43,914 bases of DNA from Candidatus Moranbacteria bacterium RIFCSPHIGHO2_02_FULL_40_12b (GTDB lineage Bacteria > Patescibacteriota > Minisyncoccia > Moranbacterales > 2-12-FULL-40-10): NCBI GenBank assembly GCA_001784725.1, contig MFRX01000034.1:657-44570 (forward strand). Direction: 5' to 3'. Made by a program: the position numbers and the translations under genes. The notes under the pieces were generated by a model. That model saw only the letters and a list, made by a program, of their open reading frames with translations, had not been told where the DNA came from and searched no databases. This document shows, one piece after another, positions 41,044 through 43,914 of the stretch (position 1 is the stretch's first letter; every line of letters begins with the position of its first letter).

Positions 41044-41292
41044 ATGCATTATGTCTATATTTTAAAAAGCGAAAAAGATAATCGACTCTATATCGGCTAC
41101 TCTAGCGATTTGAAAAACAGAATAAAAGATCATAATGAAGGTCTAGTAGGGGCGACAAAACATAGGCGGCCTTTGGAATTAATTTACTACGAGGCATATA
41201 ATGATAAAAAGTTAGCCCGGGAAAGAGAAATACAACTTAAGAAATTCGGTTCTTCGTATCAGGGATTAATAAAAAGATTAAAGTTGAAATAA
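41044..41292 (+). CDS. GIY-YIG nuclease-domain protein (stand-alone, 82 aa)
   Basis: YVYILKS...LYIGYS...R...H...RE motif series. Confidence 0.8.
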   Translation: MHYVYILKSEKDNRLYIGYSSDLKNRIKDHNEGLVGATKHRRPLELIYYEAYNDKKLAREREIQLKKFGSSYQGLIKRLKLK

Positions 41293-41376
41293 TAAATTTG
41301 AGAACTTAGTTAAGAAGGGCTTTTTATATTTGACAATTTCAAAAAAATGTAGTAGCATTGGAAGTTAATAAAGGAG

Positions 41377-41856
41377 GTGAGTACCTTGAAAAGCACAGAG
41401 AAAATATGCAAGGAAATCATATATTCCATTATCCATCCCCTTAGCCCGATTCTATTGGGCAGGAAGCTTTCCGCCGAAGAGGCAAAATTATTAGTCGATA
41501 AACTAAAAAAAGAAGATCTGGAAAACACCGAGACCTATCAGTTTATCGAATTTACCAAAGAGCATACATTGGCTTTCAAGGCCTCTTATCGCTGTCAGCG
41601 CATCGCCTTTTATAAATTTGTCGAAAAATTTCTTGATCAATTGGAAAAAATCGGCGGGTACAGCAAACGGTATGACAAGTTAATAGACGAAATTGTCCAA
41701 GCCGAAAAAAATAGCGGAAACATCACATTTAATTCAGAAGGAGAGAAAATTTTCGAAATGGCGCGGAAAATAAAAGAAGTGATAGAGAAAGATTATGAGG
41801 AAAGAAGAAAGGCAGTCAAAGAAAGAAAGAAAATAAAGGAGGTGGTAAAATCTTGA
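41377..41856 (+). CDS. Hypothetical helical K/E-rich protein, 159 aa
   Basis: SD aaaggaggtga lies before the TTG start, with a TTGACA-17-TAGCAT promoter at 41330. It is the first gene of a 3-gene operon. Confidence 0.55.
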   Translation: MSTLKSTEKICKEIIYSIIHPLSPILLGRKLSAEEAKLLVDKLKKEDLENTETYQFIEFTKEHTLAFKASYRCQRIAFYKFVEKFLDQLEKIGGYSKRYDKLIDEIVQAEKNSGNITFNSEGEKIFEMARKIKEVIEKDYEERRKAVKERKKIKEVVKS

Positions 41857-42194
41857 ATAAAGATATTTCTGAAAAAGAGGCACTGAAAAGAATGTTACTC
41901 CGGATCCTTAGCCGGATCAATAGCGCAATATCGTCGGATAATATTCTCACGATTGACGATGTCTTTGAAGACAAAAATTTCAAAATTTTTCTGGATCTCG
42001 TCTACGACGGTATGGAAAGGAAAAAGAGTATGAGCAATGTAATTATCCGGACAAGAGTCGCATTGCGACCGCTTGAAAAAATGGAAGAAAAAGAAGCGGT
42101 TAAAGTTTTAAATCTAATGATTAACGGCATAGAAAACGTAAACCGCACATTAGCGGAAAGGAGGATTCAGCAGAAACTAAAAAGGAATCAGTAA
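41853..42194 (+). CDS. Hypothetical helical protein, 113 aa
   Basis: SD aaggaggtgg lies before the TTG start. It overlaps the upstream gene by 4 nt. Confidence 0.55.
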   Translation: MNKDISEKEALKRMLLRILSRINSAISSDNILTIDDVFEDKNFKIFLDLVYDGMERKKSMSNVIIRTRVALRPLEKMEEKEAVKVLNLMINGIENVNRTLAERRIQQKLKRNQ

Positions 42195-42326
42195 TAAAAT
42201 TACCGGTTCCTTTTTTAATTGCTAAAATTATCATTTGACAAACTGTCATAAATATGATAACATAGCATATTGTGTAATTTAACAAAAAAGCTTTTTAAAG
42301 CTTTATAAAAAATTCAAAAAGGAGGA

Positions 42327-43412
42327 TTGGGAATGAAAGATTTAAAGCAAAATATTTGGTTTGACGCGAAACTCGGAGTCATTTTGTTGGTATTATTATA
42401 TTTATTGGCGTTTTGCGCCAAAGCGAAAGCCGACGAATTATCCGAGGCCTTCGCGACGGTGGAGGTGCTGTCCGCCGATTGCGCCTCAATGGGCAACGCC
42501 TGCGTTTCAGCGCGGGAATTCTCCAGCGACTTAAATCCGGCGTTAGTGGCAGTTACCACCAGTAAGGATTTTAAGTGGGGAATCAGTCCCGCTTACGCGT
42601 CCGTAAATTTCAAAAACGGGCCGGATATTCAGGGCGGTTCCTTGAGTTTTTCGGTAGCGCTTCCGAAAGGAGTGCTGCAACTGTCATACACCGGAGCCGG
42701 ATCAAATCGGCATACGGATTTTATTGAAGCCGATGGGATATTAATTTCCAGTTCACTGGACTTTGATTCCCTGCAGAACTTTGGAGTCCAGTATGGGATA
42801 GATATTGTTAAAAATCTGATCAAAAAAGGCGACAAACTCTATATAGGAGCCGGGTATACTTATTCCAAGTCCAAAATATTGTCGGATCTGGCGATTATAA
42901 TTCCAATGGAGGAAAGCGATCCGCTGGCAATGGATTTTTATTTGAATTCCAAATCGCGGTCGCATACCTACACGGCTGGAGCTGTTTATGTTCCAATGGA
43001 GAAAATATCACTGGGTATTGCGTATTCCTATACGCGAACCAAAACGACCAATGACACCGACATCCCGGTGGAAATCGATTCCACACCAGATGAGGAAAAA
43101 AATCGGATGAACGATTTGCGGATCGGCGCCAGCTGGAAAATTACGGATAAACTGATGCTGGCCGGCGATTACCGCCACGCGAATGTGAACAGCAATAATT
43201 TTGACCAGTATTACACCGGCGCGGAGTATTGCTTCCACGAAGCACTCTGCGTCTATGGCGGAATTCCCAATTCCGGCTGGTCGGCGGGAGCGGGATTATA
43301 TCTGGAACACGGAGGCATCAATGTTGCCTACCAGTATGACCCCTATAAGCAGGTTCGCGACGATTTCGGCAAAGCCAGGGTAGTCGCGGTGACAGGATAT
43401 TTATCTTTCTAA
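42327..43412 (+). CDS. Secreted beta-barrel-like protein (FadL/PorV-like features)
   Basis: SD aaggagga. The signal peptide ends AKA|DE. A SMGNACVS...DLNPA N-terminal motif is present. The alternating beta-strand pattern, many Y/G/S/T residues and the C-terminal ...VTGYLSF (terminal Phe) fit a barrel. Confidence 0.6.
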   Translation: MGMKDLKQNIWFDAKLGVILLVLLYLLAFCAKAKADELSEAFATVEVLSADCASMGNACVSAREFSSDLNPALVAVTTSKDFKWGISPAYASVNFKNGPDIQGGSLSFSVALPKGVLQLSYTGAGSNRHTDFIEADGILISSSLDFDSLQNFGVQYGIDIVKNLIKKGDKLYIGAGYTYSKSKILSDLAIIIPMEESDPLAMDFYLNSKSRSHTYTAGAVYVPMEKISLGIAYSYTRTKTTNDTDIPVEIDSTPDEEKNRMNDLRIGASWKITDKLMLAGDYRHANVNSNNFDQYYTGAEYCFHEALCVYGGIPNSGWSAGAGLYLEHGGINVAYQYDPYKQVRDDFGKARVVAVTGYLSF

Positions 43413-43421
43413 AGTGCAGTG

Positions 43422-43456
43422 GGCGGACAGTTCAAAATGAATTGTCCGCCGTTTTT
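43422..43456. terminator. Bidirectional Rho-independent terminator
   Basis: ggcggacagttca / tgaattgtccgcc with a 3-nt loop, followed by gttttt. It sits between convergent genes. Confidence 0.75.
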
Positions 43457-43463
43457 ATTTTCT

Positions 43464-43914
43464 TTAAAAAAGCGCGGAGAATGATTTCAGAAGTTCAACG
43501 GTATTTCCTTCTTCCACCACTGCCCATTGGCTGTTTTTTCTGAATACCGCTTTGTCGTATAAAACTGCCAGTTCAGGAAAATTATTTGGAAATTTTTCAG
43601 TGATTTTTGTCTCCACGAATTCCGGAAAATCCCTTTCTATCCTATATCCGGAGATAATTTTGATTTTAACTTTTCCCGATCTTTTTCTGGCTTCCAGCGC
43701 GGACTTGATAATTTCGCCGTTTATCTCCCGAACTTTAGGAATAATAAAGACGATTTCTTTGGCGTGAGTGAGAGGCAGATCTTCCAGCAGGAATCTCTCT
43801 CCCTCTTTTTCGGATAGCATTTTAATTTCGTTTTTTCCCGAAAGGTAATATTTGGATTTGAGCAGGGAAATGATGCGCAGATATTCCCGTTCCCGTTCTT
43901 CAATTTTCCTTTTT
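43464..43914 (-). CDS. Hypothetical protein, 5' end outside the window
   Basis: The frame of the listed ORF 43464-43820 stays open upstream to the window edge (…KIEEREREYLRIISLLKSKYYLSGKNEIKMLSEKE…). No motif was recognised. Confidence 0.5.
   Translation of the reverse strand, partial: KRKIEEREREYLRIISLLKSKYYLSGKNEIKMLSEKEGERFLLEDLPLTHAKEIVFIIPKVREINGEIIKSALEARKRSGKVKIKIISGYRIERDFPEFVETKITEKFPNNFPELAVLYDKAVFRKNSQWAVVEEGNTVELLKSFSALF

Overview
This is a low-GC, gene-dense bacterial chromosome segment. The gene content fits a Patescibacteria/CPR-like genome (inference): short genes, a two-subunit group-3-type [NiFe] hydrogenase with hypC and a hypA-like gene, four-helix-bundle and GxxExxY proteins, endonuclease-like ORFs among tRNAs, and few biosynthetic genes. 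Housekeeping content includes glycolysis (tpiA, fba, gap), galT, murD, trxB, secE-nusG-rplK-rplA, rpmE, rpsB-tsf, rpmG, gatB, pyrB, miaA, miaB and 8 tRNAs. Five things stand out. (1) A complete diversity-generating retroelement lies at 10.6-13.3 kb. Its 119-nt VR/TR pair differs at 17 positions, and all 17 are adenines in the TR. It has an Avd-like gene in inverted orientation with a G10 tract in its 5' region, a DGR-type RT, and a target protein whose C-terminal variable region does not look like the usual C-type-lectin VR. The cassette sits inside the hydrogenase/hyp cluster. (2) A co-linear pyrimidine deoxynucleotide module spans 24.4-30.0 kb: glyA, NMP-kinase-like, ThyA-family, DHFR-like, Dcd-like, dCMP deaminase, tmk, mazG. 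The ThyA homolog has Asp at the Asn177 specificity position, as in dCMP-modifying enzymes. The Dcd homolog lacks the catalytic Glu and so looks dUTPase/dCTPase-like. The gene set parallels the T-even phage cytosine-modification toolkit. (3) A roughly 0.85 kb ORF-free region (14.97-15.71 kb) sits behind a consensus sigma70 promoter and has dense nested helices, suggesting a large ncRNA of unknown class. (4) Several families of short palindromic or word-like repeats fill the intergenic spacers. Some are inserted in-frame into miaB (three sites) and miaA, and a pair in inverted orientation brackets galT. (5) A variable tRNA neighbourhood (39.4-43.5 kb) contains tRNA 5' fragments, a half-duplicated tRNA-Trp, LAGLIDADG-like and GIY-YIG ORFs, and a 3-gene operon ending in a secreted beta-barrel-like protein. 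All calls come from reading the sequence and ORF translations by eye. No database search was possible.
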